Positions 12,666 through 26,250 of a stretch of DNA of 64,000 bases are shown in pieces. This stretch comes from Antedon mediterranea. Taxonomy: Eukaryota; Animalia; Echinodermata. A program made the translations under genes and the position numbers. Position 1 is the stretch's first letter. The number at the start of each line of letters is the position of its first letter. Location: positions 17,811,365-17,875,364 of the forward strand of contig NC_092678.1 of NCBI RefSeq assembly GCF_964355755.1, given 5' to 3'. The notes under the pieces are model-generated. The model ran no database searches. It was not told the origin of the DNA and saw only the letters and a list, made by a program, of their open reading frames with translations.

Positions 12666-14559
12666 TTAAACAACTAACATTAGAAGTTATCAATTACACC
12701 AGTCACCGGTGTGATGTGCCCAAATATGGTAGTGATATGCCCAAATATGATAGTGATATGGCCAAATATGGTAGTGATATGTCCAAATATGGTAGTGATA
12801 TGACATCATCATGTCCATATATGGGCAACATTACATTTAATTACATAAACTTATTGCTATGTGTAATAATAAATAAGAAATAAGTGGCTTTTGTTATTTT
12901 GAATCTTTATTTTTACGTTATTTTATATTTGTTTTTGTTGTAGGATGCATGCATGTAAGAACTTATCAGATTTTGTAAATCCACAGTGCGTGGTTTTGTT
13001 ACATTTTTTGGAATAAAGTTACCTATATATATGTGTAATAATACATCATTGATGGATGGACGTTTGAGATGATGTACAGTGAACCATTCCAATGTTGTGT
13101 TGTAACATAAGTGATCATGTTCGTTGTGTGTGTTTAAATGCTGGTTTACATACTGTGTGTTAATTTATAATTACCAACTTTGTCCTAAGCTCTGTCTACA
13201 CTAGATGTGGCAAAAAATGTGATGCGCCCAAATAAGGTATTCCCAAATGTGGTAGTGATATGACATCATCGTATCCATATATGGGCACATCACACTTTTT
13301 TTGTCACATAAAGTTTGAACTTTATAATCTAATTTCATTATTAGGGATGTACATATGATTTCAGAACCATCGCGAGATTAAGGATATCGATGCATGCACT
13401 AATTTTATAGTAACCCTAACCCTTGTTGTAATCGAAGCATGAGGCAGTATTAAAGCATTTCTTCTTAAAGCAAAAGTTTATTAAAGCATAGTTATGAACC
13501 AGCTCGATTTGTGTGGCATTTCAAAGTGATTTTTAATGAAACATGCATTTTGTACAAACACATGTGATGATCACACATTTGTCATGCATTTATCAAGTCT
13601 ATGCATGACTATTTTGTATACTATTCACAGCTGTTTTAACTAGTGTTAAGGTATCAGAAAAAGTCAAGCGCCCTCAGTGTTAGCAGACGAGGCTCCCCCG
13701 AGTCGCGCGGACATATAATTTTTGTTTACAAACCATTATTTCGCGAACGCCAAATTAAATTTCGCTATCGTCAGTTTTTATGTAGTAAAAACATTTTATA
13801 CAAAACTAAACGATTAAAAAAAGTGTATGTTCAATTAAAAAATAAATATTTTATTGTTTCTTTACTATAAATTAATAAATAAACGAGGATATTGTCCATT
13901 TCACTGAAATACTCTCCCGCACATAAACCAGGAAGTTGAGATAAACTGTGTAATGAAATAGTAAACAATCGTAAGTAGAAAATATCATTGTATTCTTTAC
14001 TTTATTTTTGGATATAATTCATTTTTTTAGAAAAAGAACGAACTAGAATATAGTCCATCATTATTATATAAACAAAATAATACTAGTTTTGTTAATATAG
14101 CCTGGTTCAGTTTTTAGTAAAACTCGCATATTTTGCAACTCTTTTATACATTGTTATTGTTATCGGCGAGAAAACGGTTTGGCGATAGGCTTAGAAAGTG
14201 CGTTGACGCCCGCGATGACCGTGACAGTAATGTGGGCCTAGAATGAAGCTAGGCCGAAACATAGAAAATTCGTAATAGTTAAACCTTTAATTACCCTAAT
14301 CCTAAATGTAATCATTATAACTGTTACCAAATAATTAATGGCATGTGTTTATAATAATAATTATTGCTTTCCTGGTGCATTTTTAGGCTAGCTGGTGTGA
14401 CTGAGTGACAGTCACAGCCTAGGCTAGGCCTTAATAATATTAATACATTTTTACAGCATAATAATGGTTTAATATTTTGGCTATTAGCTCTCTTGTTTGG
14501 ATTTGTTTGGACACAAAATTTGAAGTACTGTAGATTTAAAAATTGATTTATTTTTAAAG

Positions 14560-15730
14560 GAAAGTACAGTTGCATCTATTGTTTTTGTAATCAAGATGAC
14601 ATCAGAACCAACAATGTTCCTCAAGCCTGTAGATATCTCAAGGCCTACAAGTCTTTTGTAGACCATGGAAGTGAAAAAAAGAAGCAAAACAATATCGCAC
14701 AGCGTTTTTAGGCCATACCTGGTATACATTGAATTAAACAGGATAGGTAAATAATCATAACCACCTCTTAGAAAGTTTAATACACACTCCAAACAATGAA
14801 ATGTGTGTTTGTACTTCATATTAAAGAACAATGTTAGTATAAAATAACTGTCGAAACAAACAATTGTTACAGTAATTTATAAATATACCTCTTTTCTTTA
14901 TTAAATATTTCCTCAATCAACTATTTTTCCAGGTGTCAATATGTTATAATATTCAACATGCGACAGGATGCTGACATCTTGACTGGTAAATTCAAATGTT
15001 GTTTCAACTTTACATTGACATTACATAATAACTCAATTGGTCAAGTTGCTCTTTAAATATACATTGTCCCTTTGAGCATAGAATTTCAAAATTGTTTATC
15101 CTGTTTTTATGCATAATAAAGCAAACCTTTGGCTGGAACATATTTTCCTATGAATTATCCATATATTATCATTATCTGCTACAAGAAATAGTTGTTAACA
15201 TTTTTTAAATATAATAATTTTGATGCTCATTTTTTATGCAGATTGACGTTTATTTGGTTGACCAATATTGTTTAATCTCAGGTGATCATCTAGCAGAAAG
15301 AGAAAATCAGAAGCTGCAGCACATCGACATGCTACAAAGTACAATGATTAAAATCCAGTCTTTAGAAGAGAATCTTGAGCATTTAAGAAATGAACTCTCA
15401 GTGTCACTTGTGACAAAACAGCATAGTAAGATTGCAGAGACTGGCCACAGACTAAATCTAAAAGAACAAGAGGTCAAAGACTTGGTCAGTCCTACATTAT
15501 ACACCTTTCAAATTATGTCTAAAACATGCAAATAATATAAAAATTAATGCCATATTTCTTTTATATATTTTATATAGTGAACTACTATGAACCAAGAGAT
15601 TTGAAACTGGACCTCTATGTACAAAAATGGACGAGGTATTTAGAAAAAATTAATTCCTCGACAGCAGTACCATGGAAAAAGTTTTGTGGGAAATCATGAA
15701 GTAACATCTGACGTTTATTTCACCTGAGAT
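14560..15730 (+). pseudogene. Decayed, intron-containing DDE transposase relic (Chapaev/Transib-RAG1-related type) in NCKIPSD intron 1
   Basis: Exon-like blocks in order: GKYSCIYCFC..YKSFVDHGSEKK (from 14560), a coiled-coil exon at 15282-15484, then ETGPLCTKMDEVFRKN / frameshift / IPRQQYHGKSFVGNH (about 15600-15700). Stops and frameshifts are present; the superfamily call is from remembered motifs. Confidence 0.5.
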
Positions 15731-15939
15731 CCAGCATGAAGTAAATAGGCCGGTAACTAAGTGGAGAAAAGTTGAGGAATAGTTTGCTATTTCTCAGTTA
15801 ATTGTTACAGTATTGCATATTATTATGTACAGTATACTGTATGAATGGTAGTATTTTTTTGTGTTATTGCTAGAACAATGATTTTGTAAATATTTAACAA
15901 ATGGTATATGAATTGTAAATGAATTTAATTTTTTGGAAG

Positions 15940-16865
15940 CTATTTTATTTTAATTTGGTTTATATATATTATTGATTGATAACGGAAATTGATGTTATTT
16001 AGTGATTTAGATTGTGATTGCATATATAATACAATACAAATATGAAAGAAATATGCATTTATAATTAAATATCTAATGTCACAGTACTCTATAGCTTCTT
16101 TCTATTAATATATTACAGATCTTTGACTAAGACATGCTAGGTAGGCTGCTAGTCTTTAACCTGCTGATGATGTAGCCTAGCATATATATAGTATAGGCCT
16201 AGCTAGGCTAGGCCTGTAACCTGGCCTACTCTGTACTCCTCTCTCCCAATATGAATGATTATTAAAAAAGCTTAGGCCTAGGCTAGGCCTAATTTTTAAT
16301 TAGGATCAGGAACAAGTAATTAATCAGCTTTATAACAGGTCAACTGTCACTCAGGCCCCCGAATAGACATGTTTACGTGTTAAAAATAAACAGTTATTTT
16401 ATTTTAATTTGGTTTATATATTAATAATTATTGATTGATAACGGAAATTGATGTTATTTACTGATTTAGATTGTGATTGCATATCAAAATAATAAATATA
16501 CAATACAAATATGAAAGAAATTTGCATTTATGATTAAATATCTAATGTCACAGTACTCTATATCTTCTTTCTATTAATATATTACAGATCTTTGACTAAG
16601 ACATGCTAGGTAGGCTGCTAGCCTTTAACCTGCTGATGATGTAGCCTAGCCTATTATATAGGCCTAGCTAGGCTACTAGGCTAGGCCTGTAGCCTGGCCT
16701 ACTCTGTACTCCTCTCCCAATATGAATGATTATTAAAAAAGCTTAGGCCTAGACTAGGCCTAATTTTTAATTAGGACCAGGAACAAGTAATTAATCAGCT
16801 TTATAACAGGTCAACTGTCACTCAGGCCCTCCGAATATACATGTTTACGTGTTAAAAATAAACAG
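15940..16865. repeat. Local tandem duplication of about 460-470 bp
   Basis: About 15940-16395 is near-identical to about 16395-16865 (e.g. GATCTTTGACTAAGACATGCTAGGTAGGCTGCTAG occurs twice). Confidence 0.9.
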
Positions 16866-18022
16866 CCATTAGTCTTACACAGCTGGTTTTAACCACGCAA
16901 TGGGGCCTGGGCATAGCCTATTATAAGCTAGCGTAGGAAAAAATCCAGCCAGGCAATATGAATACGATCCTTGTTAAAACATTCAAGGGTAACTAAAGTA
17001 TCCAACTAAATCAAAGAATTCAACAGAAAAAATTATTTTTAAACTGATATGGAAAACAACATTTATACCTACTTTTTAAATGTATCGCTTGAGAAAAAAA
17101 CTGGCGTTGGGTGTACAATTTTCAATTACATTACCTCTTAAAATCCACGTGATAAAACGACGACAACATGTTTTTCACCTTCATCCAGGGTTGTTCTAAT
17201 GAATATTCATTATTTTTCTGACTTTCGCGGTCTTTATTTGTTTTTATTGGCTATTAAAAAACAGTCGTTTTATGCTTGATTGCTTCCGGGTTCCTCATGT
17301 GGTTTGTATACAATATGTTTTCGGAATCGCTACTCCATAAAACGCTATGAAACGTTGGGGGCGCTGCACTTAATTCATATTTCTGGAACAGCTGTGTATT
17401 TGAGAGGAAATGCATTCAAATTTATTAAAAATATAAAACAGTTAAAAAAATCTGGAATAAAATACAATGGCGCGGTGGTGTTGTTATCATATATGGCCGC
17501 CACAACAGTTTACATGCGAATCCTACCAGCCCTCTTTCTTGCACACGCTTGTTGAAACAAAAATGAAGAAAAAATCTAAAAGTGCCAAATTTGTCTAGAC
17601 GCTACAGGCGGTTCTAGAATTCCCTGTCCTTCCCCATTAAAAAAAATGTCACGCATTTCAAATCTCTCAGACTCTATGACCCCATTTACACTTACGATTT
17701 GAGCTGGCTCTGGGTCGGCAATCGATAAGTGTAAAAACTTCATAAAGTTAGGCCAGCCCTGGGCCGGATGCAGACCTGGACCACCTCTCGAGGTGGGTCC
17801 AGTAGCGGCTTTTATGTTTGGGCTGGCTTATAAAGTGAACCATGACCAATGGCTTAAGAAAATGTAAATGAATCCTCAGGTTTTGCGAACGCAAGTGTAA
17901 ACACGCTAAGAACAGGGTTGAAAAACTTGTACCCGATCCTGGAGCGTCACAGGACCCAATCATAATGTGAAATAGGGTCTATTTATGTTAAATCACAAAT
18001 TAATTATTTTATGTGTTTTTAG

Positions 18023-18132
18023 TTACCATCAGATCAAGTTCTTGCGTCTATTGATCGTGCAATGGAGTTCCTTCATATAGCAGCAACCAATAAGAATGGG
18101 GTTTACACAGCTGAACAAAGAAAAAGCTTACA
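18023..18132 (+). CDS. NCKIPSD: NCKIPSD coding exon 2 (LPSDQVLASIDRAMEFLHIAATNKNGVYTAEQRKSLQ)
   Basis: tttttag| acceptor, CA|gttaag donor; resembles human VLQAIDRAIEAVH...GGKYSLEQRGVLQ. Missed by the ORF track. Confidence 0.9.
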
Positions 18133-18588
18133 GTTAAGTGTGTTAAGTTAACCAAGGCAATCCTAACAGCAGGATGCTGAGCTCTGGAGATCGAAGGGTT
18201 TATCTGTGGCTGCGACACAATCAGTTCCACACGTCTTAACAGACACAGCGCGCCGCAGACAATGTACATTGTACAGTATTGTTGGTATTTGTCGCAGCCA
18301 GACATAAGATCAAAGTTCCTATGTTGGCAAGGCAAGCTCAGTGTCCTGTTGTTAGATTGCCTTAGTTAGTAATAAGAATAATAATAATGTTCAATTTATA
18401 TAGCGCAAATTGCAGGGCGCCTCTACTAAGTGCTGAATAATCAACAGAAAATGTGAAAAGCACTAATTAATTAATAAGTTAATTAATCAGCCACACAGAA
18501 TAGTAACTATCATGTTGAACCAGTTACTGTTTCTGGATTGAATCAGGTCAGAGGTCATCAACAGTTTTCCATTGTAGGCCTATATTTA

Positions 18589-19761
18589 CAGGGATGTCAC
18601 CAGCTTTTTGGAGTGCCGGTCGCTAAAATAACGACAAACCCCGGGGGGGGGGGGAACCCGGGGTATTCCCCCCCCGGGGGTTTGTCGTTATTTTAGCGAA
18701 ACATAAAGAATTATGAAAATAAATAACAACAAATTGCGTCAGGTCTAGGCCTAACCTTGTACCACCGGGGAGTCGCCGTTATTATTCGCGAAAACAAAAA
18801 AACGCTTACGAAATGAATAGCAATAGATCGCGTCAGGCTAATAGGCCTAGCCTTGCCCTTGTAGAAACTACGACCATTGACTAGGCCTAGCCATGCGCCA
18901 AGGCTTAGATAGATGCCCCAAAATCTGAATTCCACAAAAACAGGCCCTTCCTTATTTAGGCCTAATCCCTAATCATATACTGTAGATAAATTATTAGCCT
19001 AGACTTTACTACTTGTTGCTCGATATAATGTTCGTGTTCTTTTGCGCGAGAGTTTTTTAGCGTATTCGCGAATCCCAGATTTTTTGTTTCACAACTGTGC
19101 GGCAAGCATGTAGTGCATGGCCGGCAAGAACAGACACGTGTTTATGGGTTAACTGAAGTTCAGCAACCTGAAGTTATCCCAGGGACGTGTAATTATTGTA
19201 CCATGCTCGGCGATCATAAACGAACGAACTTGCCCGGTCTCACTGAACCATGCGCATGTTTTTTTATTTTTTTTAATAGTTCGTAGAGTACAAAAATGTA
19301 AAACTAGTAACATAATATAATTAAAGCAGGGTGACAAAACATTCAGCAATTAAAAATGATTTTGTTTAGGTAGGTCTATGTAGTTGTACATTTTTAATTA
19401 CTGCGTACTTGTTTGTATTTTTAATCTGTGCAAAATAAAACGCTTGAATGGTCGCTATGTGAACTTTAAACTTGTACACTGTGCTGTGTGTGTAGAGTAG
19501 GCCTGGTATTGTGTTACAAATAAAGTAACGTACGTAACCACGGAAACATTTGCTGTAGTCTTTTGTCTTATCTATATGAGGCTAGCTTGTCTGTTATTAA
19601 AGATGTGCTAGGTAAAATGTTTTAGTACGAATTTTAGTTAGGCCTAGGCCTAATATAAATATCGTAATGATTAATAAATAATAGTGGTGGTCGGCAGCCT
19701 GTAAATCCTGGTCGGAAATGTTGAGTGCTGGTCGGGGCCGACCAGCGTGGTGACATCCCTG
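18589..19761. mobile_element. hAT-like non-autonomous element with an internal hairpin
   Basis: Terminal inverted repeats CAGGGATGTCACCA / TGGTGACATCCCTG; no clean 8-bp TSD seen. Confidence 0.6.
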
Positions 19762-19835
19762 ATTTAATTTACAAATAATCTTGCCAGCCACTTTTAGCAA
19801 ACAGAGTGTCTTAGTGCTGCACTCGTCCATACTTA

Positions 19836-19973
19836 AGCTCTGTCTACACTATCAAACTAATTTGACAAAAAAAGTGTGATTTGCCCAAATATGGTAGTAA
19901 TATGACATCATCATGTCCATATTGGCACATCACATTTGTTTGTCGCATAAAGTTTGATAGTGTTGACAGAGCT
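19836..19973. mobile_element. Harbinger-like MITE (AGCTCTGTCTACACTATCAAAC ... GTTTGATAGTGTTGACAGAGCT)
   Basis: Clear TIRs; partial copies at about 12710-12835 and 13188-13318. Confidence 0.7.
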
Positions 19974-20116
19974 TTGGTTGAATCTCTTTCAATGAAAATG
20001 TTGCTCCTTATTCAACATTAGCATAATATTTCTATGTTACTATGTTAGTAATTAGTATACTTCATTATTACTTTTGTTAGTGCAACTTAGTATCCTATGT
20101 ATACTTTACAAACTTG

Positions 20117-20510
20117 CATACATGCCAACATCTGAATTAAAAAAAACGGGAAGTGGTTTTTTTTTTAGGTCAACAGCACCCTCTATCTATTATCGAGAGG
20201 TAAGGAGTGCAGTGTGTAACGTCACAAACAGTATTGCGTGGTGGCTATGTGAGGGGAATCCCCTTTCCGTTGTGAAGAAAATAAAAAAATGATGACCGCA
20301 GATGGTCATACAATGGTTTAAATATCATAAATTTGCTTGTGTAAGCCTTTTTGTTATATTAACATTATAGAAAACCACACAAATGCATCAACATTCAGTT
20401 ATCTTTGTAACCCAGAGAAAATGTGGAAAACCGGGAGCACAATATTAGGCCGGAAGACAAGTCTAAAATACGGGAGTCTCCCGGCCAAAACGGGAGTGTT
20501 GACATGTATG
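20117..20510. mobile_element. MITE with CATACATGCCAAC / GTTGACATGTATG termini
   Basis: Imperfect 13-bp TIRs and subterminal ACGGGAG repeats; superfamily uncertain. Confidence 0.5.
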
Positions 20511-20558
20511 AAGTTGTATGCAGAAGGGCCTTACTAATCAATTTTAATCTTTTTGTAG

Positions 20559-21150
20559 GAAGCTTGTTGAACATCGTCAAACCATCATGCGTGAACAGCT
20601 AGGTGAAAATGTACCTCAACCAAAGAGAGTAGCACCAGCAGCGCCCCCTAGCCAACTATCATCCTCTCAACAAACTCGAAACTCATTTACAAAAGACAAC
20701 ACGCCTCCGACGTCACCACAAAACTCACCTGTCAAACGAGCATCTAGTACTAAATCAATTAAAGCGCCCTCACCTCCAGCGCAACAAGTGCAATCTGTAA
20801 TCCCCGTTCCACCTCCAGACTCAACGTCGCAATCGTCAACATCGCAGCCTGTTGATGCTTCCACGAGTCCTATGCCATCGCCCGCACGAAAATACCGAGC
20901 ACCATTATCACCACGTGAACTTGCAAAGTCACCAACCATGGAGTCGTTGATTAGTCCAACACACAGAGCACGCTCAGACAGTGCAATAGCTTCAAATCTT
21001 GGTCCTGAATTAGTTGAAATAGTGCGAGTTAACACAAACCTCAGTTTTAATAAATCAAAAGTGGCTGTTGCCATGGTGTTGAATCATGTTAAAGATTCCG
21101 TGCCAAGTGTTGCCATGGTAATGGATAATATTATAAAAACATTGAATACA
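20559..21150 (+). CDS. NCKIPSD: NCKIPSD coding exon 3 (Pro/Ser-rich region and start of the armadillo-like SPIN90 region)
   Basis: ttgtag|G phase 2 completes Q, then KLVEHRQ; PQPKRVAPAAPP and LGPELVEIVRVNTNLS resemble human PQPRRAAPTTPP and IGAELMELVRRNTGLS; ACA|gtaagt donor. Confidence 0.93.
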
Positions 21151-21246
21151 GTAAGTTAATCAAAATGTTTATTTTTCAATTATATCAGTTATATTTACAT
21201 ATTTTTATATTTATTTACATAATTAATTTTGAGGGTAATGTCAGTA

Positions 21247-21416
21247 CAGTCAACTCTCCTAATACCGGACACCTTTGGGCTGGCCAAATATGTCTGGTTT
21301 TCCGGAAATTCTGGTATTCGGAATGTGTTTTTATTGGTAAAAATGAATTTGGGACCTTTTGAACTTCAAGAAAAATCTGGTATTGGAAGAGTTTCTGGTG
21401 TTCAGAGAGTGGACTG
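21247..21416. mobile_element. Tc1/mariner-pogo type MITE
   Basis: TA-flanked CAGTCAACTCTC... / ...GAGAGTGGACTG termini. Confidence 0.7.
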
Positions 21417-21846
21417 TATATAGATTTTCTTTCTCCTATCAAACTACTGTAAACATCCCGAGTCACTGTTTAAAGATCAACCTCATAATAATAATAGCAT
21501 ATGATTGCTTGCAAAGCTAAATTATCAACTGTTGTATATAAATAATATTAATATATCATATTTCCCAAGAGAGTTCCTATTTGTACAGTTAGTTAGTTTA
21601 CAGAAACAGTTATTTCTCAAACAATATTTGATGAATGTCCTCATAATAATATTCTACATCCAACAATATTTTGCTTAGTGGTATGAATTACAGTATATTG
21701 GCATACTGTATCAAAAAATCATACCAAGTATACAAATTACCATGTTAATTATGATACCATAGATGATCTAGAAGGCACGCTGTTCAGCCCTCTTATCCCT
21801 AAAGATAGAATAAAATGCAAAAGATAAAGGTTCAGCACTTTATTAA

Positions 21847-22280
21847 AGGACAACTTGACCGATGACCATATTTTAACAACGTATTAGGGATGTACATATG
21901 ATTTCAGAACCATCGCGAGATTAAGGATATCGATGCATGCACTTGCCGTACAGCCGTCACTGTAACTTTCTGTGATGTCACAGGTGCATCGCAAAATTTA
22001 CATCATGTGTTTTCTGGCAAAGTCTGGCAAATCGTGAACATTTCGAGTAAACACACTTCGTAAATAAATCATAAGAAATGTTTTTTTTTATTGTTTCTTT
22101 TGCGTATCTGGACTCATTTAGTAAATTTTTCGATGCACCTGCGACGTCACAGTAGTTTACGACGACGGCTGTACGGCGAGCGCATGCGGAGATATCTTTA
22201 ATCTCGCGATTGTTCTGAAATCATAATGTATGTACATCCCTAATACGTTGTAAAAATATGGTCCTCAGTCATGTTGTCCT
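21847..22280. mobile_element. Kolobok-like palindromic MITE
   Basis: TTAA on both sides; termini AGGACAAC...GACCATATTTT / AAAATATGGTC...GTTGTCCT with long inverted arms. Confidence 0.7.
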
Positions 22281-22360
22281 TTAACAATTTGTAGGCCCTT
22301 TAGAAACCTCTTTAAAGAAACTATACATTTATCAATGATTTGTTTCCATCTATTATGTAG

Positions 22361-22519
22361 TCAGGGGTATCTGTTGGAGGTGGACGGGATGAAGAGCGCC
22401 TCCAGGTGATTTTTTCTGAGCTGACAAGTTGTAAGGATGATGCGCAACAGAGAAGCTGGGCACTTCACGAGGATGAGTCTATCATTACGGAGTATTTAGA
22501 AGAACTTCTTTCAATATTG
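22361..22519 (+). CDS. NCKIPSD: NCKIPSD coding exon 4 ([45 protein letters not shown])
   Basis: atgtag| acceptor, TTG|gtaaag donor, phase 0-0; contains the conserved [11 protein letters not shown] motif. Confidence 0.95.
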
Positions 22520-23849
22520 GTAAAGAAATTATTTTTAAGGCCACCAAAACTAAAGATATAATAGAATACAGCCCAGTACAGCCAACCTTCTTGTACCGGC
22601 CTAGTAACGTTGCTACTATAGCTGTTAGCCACCAACGTTACCTACATTAGGTTGTTTTTTTTCCGGTATAAAAAGACTCAAAATACAACTCATAGTTGAA
22701 ATGAAGAGCTTACATAGGAAAATGATAATTAACATAAAACCAAGTTTAACATAGAAAAAACACATTAAGGCCTATGATACAGTAATGAACGGTTTAATTT
22801 ATTTAAACTTAAATTTACTATAAAAATTGCACAAAGATCAACAGATAACATTAATTATTACAAATTCTTATATATTTACAAATGTTGGGCTTGATTGGCC
22901 ATTATTGTTAATTTTATTAAAACTTAAAAGTCATTAAAAAATAATTACTTATAAATAGTGGCATAACAGCTATGATGAATGCTGACTGGCTAAACCCAGG
23001 AACCCCAGAGTTTAAAGACACCTTCCTTACAATTTGTGACGTTTTGTAAAAATAATGAATATATATTACTTTAAAAACATTAAACCAGGTCATTCCTTGT
23101 CTTAAATGTACGTTTTATGGTAAATTATTATAACAAGTGAGAAACAATGCACTACTTAAGTAGCTCACGGCGAATGACCTCTTGTGCACAGTCTTTAGGC
23201 CTATAGCCTAGCTAGGCTTTGTTTTGTAGGCAGTATATACTGTACATATTGTATATGGCATATAATAGGCACAACTCGGCACTATAAGCGTATGCATCAT
23301 GTCATAGGATGGCGTACATCAACTTTTTACGATCGAATGTTAACGTACATGCACGTTTAACAAGTGTTAATTTCATTAAAATGATAAAAATGATCACCTA
23401 TAATTCGTCAAAGTGACGAATTAAATTCTAGTTTATATATAGATTATCCAAATATGGTATGTCATGGACATAGTGTTTTTGCCATCGTTCACTGTGTAAT
23501 CGTCCGTCTGCATTTCTAAGCATATAACAAATCATTACATTAATTTACAGTTAATAATCAATAATAACAAAGTAAACATACATTTTTTAAACAATGAATA
23601 TCCCTTGAATGATGTTTCAAAGATAGGTTGGTTGACGTTAGCCATACAACTCATTGAGTATGGTATGTTGGCATGTACAGCATTGTTCATGAGCATCGTT
23701 CCATTGGTTTCTATTGTGTGGTTACTTACTTACTTATGTACAAAATATGGTAAACGTTGAGCTTGGCATTTCAGCCATTGCTTTACTGTACTGTTCAAAT
23801 GGCTACCTCTATTGCTATGATAAATGACTGTTTTACTATTACGTACTGG

Positions 23850-25066
23850 ATTGGATTTGTCAGCAGCGTTTGATACAGTTGATCACCAAAGACTGATAAC
23901 CCGTCTGAGAAATCGCATTGGCATAAATGGTGTTGCTCTTAACTGGTTCCAGTCATATCTTACAGGAAGACGTCAGCTAGTCTGTATCAATGATGCATTC
24001 TCAGATGAAGCTTGCCTGGAATATGGTGTACCACAGGGGTCAGTAATTTAGCCTGGCCAGTTTTCCATTTATACGCTTCCCCTTGGTGACATTATTCGCA
24101 AACACAGTCTACATTTCCATTTCTATGCAGATGATACACAGATTTATGTGTCAGTAAATCCAGTGCAAAGGGATGTTGCTGCAGCAATCAGTAAGATGGA
24201 AGCCTGTATAGAAGATGTTCGCAATTGGATGACAACAAATTACCTAAAGTTGAATGATGGAAAGACAGAGTTTATTATCGTCGGGTCTAAATGTAACATC
24301 TCCAAAATCAACATCACACATATCAGAATCGGAAACTCTAACATCACTCCCTCATCGGTGGTCCGGAATCTGGGAATCATGCTGGATAGTAATCTCACTA
24401 TGGAAGCACAAATAACAACTGTATCTAAAGCAGCATGCATATCGATTAGGAACCTTGGTCGTATTCGCGGTAATCTTAACAAGAAAACAGCTGAATTGAT
24501 TGTACACTCATTTGTCACTTCTAAAATTGACATTGGTAATGCCTTGTTGTTTGGCATACCAAAATCTCAAATACAACGTTTGCAGCGCTTTCAAAATATG
24601 GCAGCTAGAATTGTAACTTATACAAAATCAAACGCTCACATAACTCCTGTCCTGATGGATTTGCATTGGTTGCCTGTTCAACAACGTATTAAGTACAAAC
24701 TTGCGTTGTTTGTATTCAAGATCCTAAATGACAGTGCTCCTGCTTATTTATCTGACCTTGTGGATCGTTACGAATCATCCCGCAGAGGCCTACGATCATT
24801 GTCACAAAACCTTCTTCAAGAGCGTAGAGCGAAAAATCAGTGGGGTCAGAGATCTTTTTATGTTGCGGCCGCAAGTGTATGGAACAGCTTACCAGCAACA
24901 GTTAAATGCTCAACTAGTCTAAACAGTTTCAAGACCAACCTAAAGACGTCGCTATTCGCTGATGTTCTCGCACGTTGTTAATGCACAAAGCGCCTTGAGC
25001 GCCACATGGGTGGAGGATACCGGCGCTATATAAGTTTTCATTTATTATTATTATTATTATTATTAT
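23850..25066 (+). mobile_element. 5'-truncated L2-clade LINE (reverse transcriptase C-terminal half, 3' UTR, (TTA)n tail)
   Basis: LDLSAAFDTVDH, GVPQGSV, YADDTQIY, LHWLPV, WNSLP; one in-frame TAG at 24049-24051; GCGCCTTGAGC...GCGCTATATAAG 3' end and TTA repeats. Confidence 0.92.
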
Positions 25067-25249
25067 TTTGTACTACCTCTAGCCAATAAAAATTAAAAAA
25101 AACATACACAATTTAACATACATTTGCAAAGTCATAGAATATCAGACTAATGCAATACAATTATTGTTTTATAGGGCTTAGCATAAAAATTACTTGTTTC
25201 TCCTATTTTAAATTATTGTTTATCTAACATATATGTTTTTAAAAGTCCA

Positions 25250-26250
25250 TCATGCATGTGTCTTGTACTTGATCACTGGTGGCACACTAATAGGGATGAA
25301 GGCAAACTTTACGTCCGATCTTTGACTAATTTTTTTTAAATGTTTTACTTTTAGTGTTTGTCTTAGAAGTCTTAAGGGATACGTCATCGCTTATATAAAT
25401 ACTGTTATTGTTTAGTGGATTGCCCTTCAATGTTTTCGCTGCTTGGCTTAGAACATAATGTGCCTTCCCACGTAGCTCAACAGTTAATTGTTCTTGTCTC
25501 CTCGATGATGATCGCCTTATTGGGATTCTGTGGACTCGTTCCACTTCTATGTCGTCCCCATTCTCTAATTTCATGTGCGAAGTAAATAAAAATTCTACAA
25601 ATTCCTTGCACGATAAATTGCCTCCCTTCTCGTAATCTTCTGGTACGTTATGAATGATAATATTAATCCTCCTCGATCTATTTTCTAGATCGTTTTCTTT
25701 CTTTTCTAGATAGGTAATAGTATCTAAAGTTTCATTAACTGACTTACATTTGTTTGTATTGTCCTCCACTGATTTTTTCATGAATTCTAGCGATTGCGTT
25801 ATCTTTGTGATGACTCCCTTGGTTTTTTTTTTTACATTTTCCTCAATTTTGGTCATCTTACCCTTCTAGCTTATTGACTCGTTTAACCATCGACTCCAGT
25901 TTGTTGAGTATTAGGTCAAGTTTTGAAGAGAGTTATCGCATTTGACGGCTGATGTTCTGGTTCAGTTGAGCCACACCCATATTTTTTTCCGCTCCGAATC
26001 TGACCCTTGGCTGTCTTGGCCAGGGGTGGACCTCAGATGATAGGTTATTTTGTCCTTTTTAGCTTTCGATTTTTCCATATTCAATCGAGAGTTTTACTTT
26101 CAGTGTACAAATTATGTAAATACGGCACTGATTTAGTTGTTTTTGAAAGGAGCGCTAAAAAATGTGATGATTTGTGTGTAAATTTCAGGAGCTACAAGTA
26201 TACATGTCTTTACTGCATCGTAGCTTTACGCCTTCTCAACCACTATTAAA
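25250..26250 (-). mobile_element. Non-LTR retrotransposon 5' region with decayed L1-type ORF1
   Basis: ORF 25326-25856: coiled coil, DLENRSRRINIIIHNVPE, IEVERVHRI, IYISDDVS (L1 ORF1p RRM-type motifs). Outer boundaries are approximate. Confidence 0.75.

Noticed and set aside
20667-21074. 135-aa minus-strand ORF
   Set aside because: Antisense shadow of NCKIPSD exon 3.
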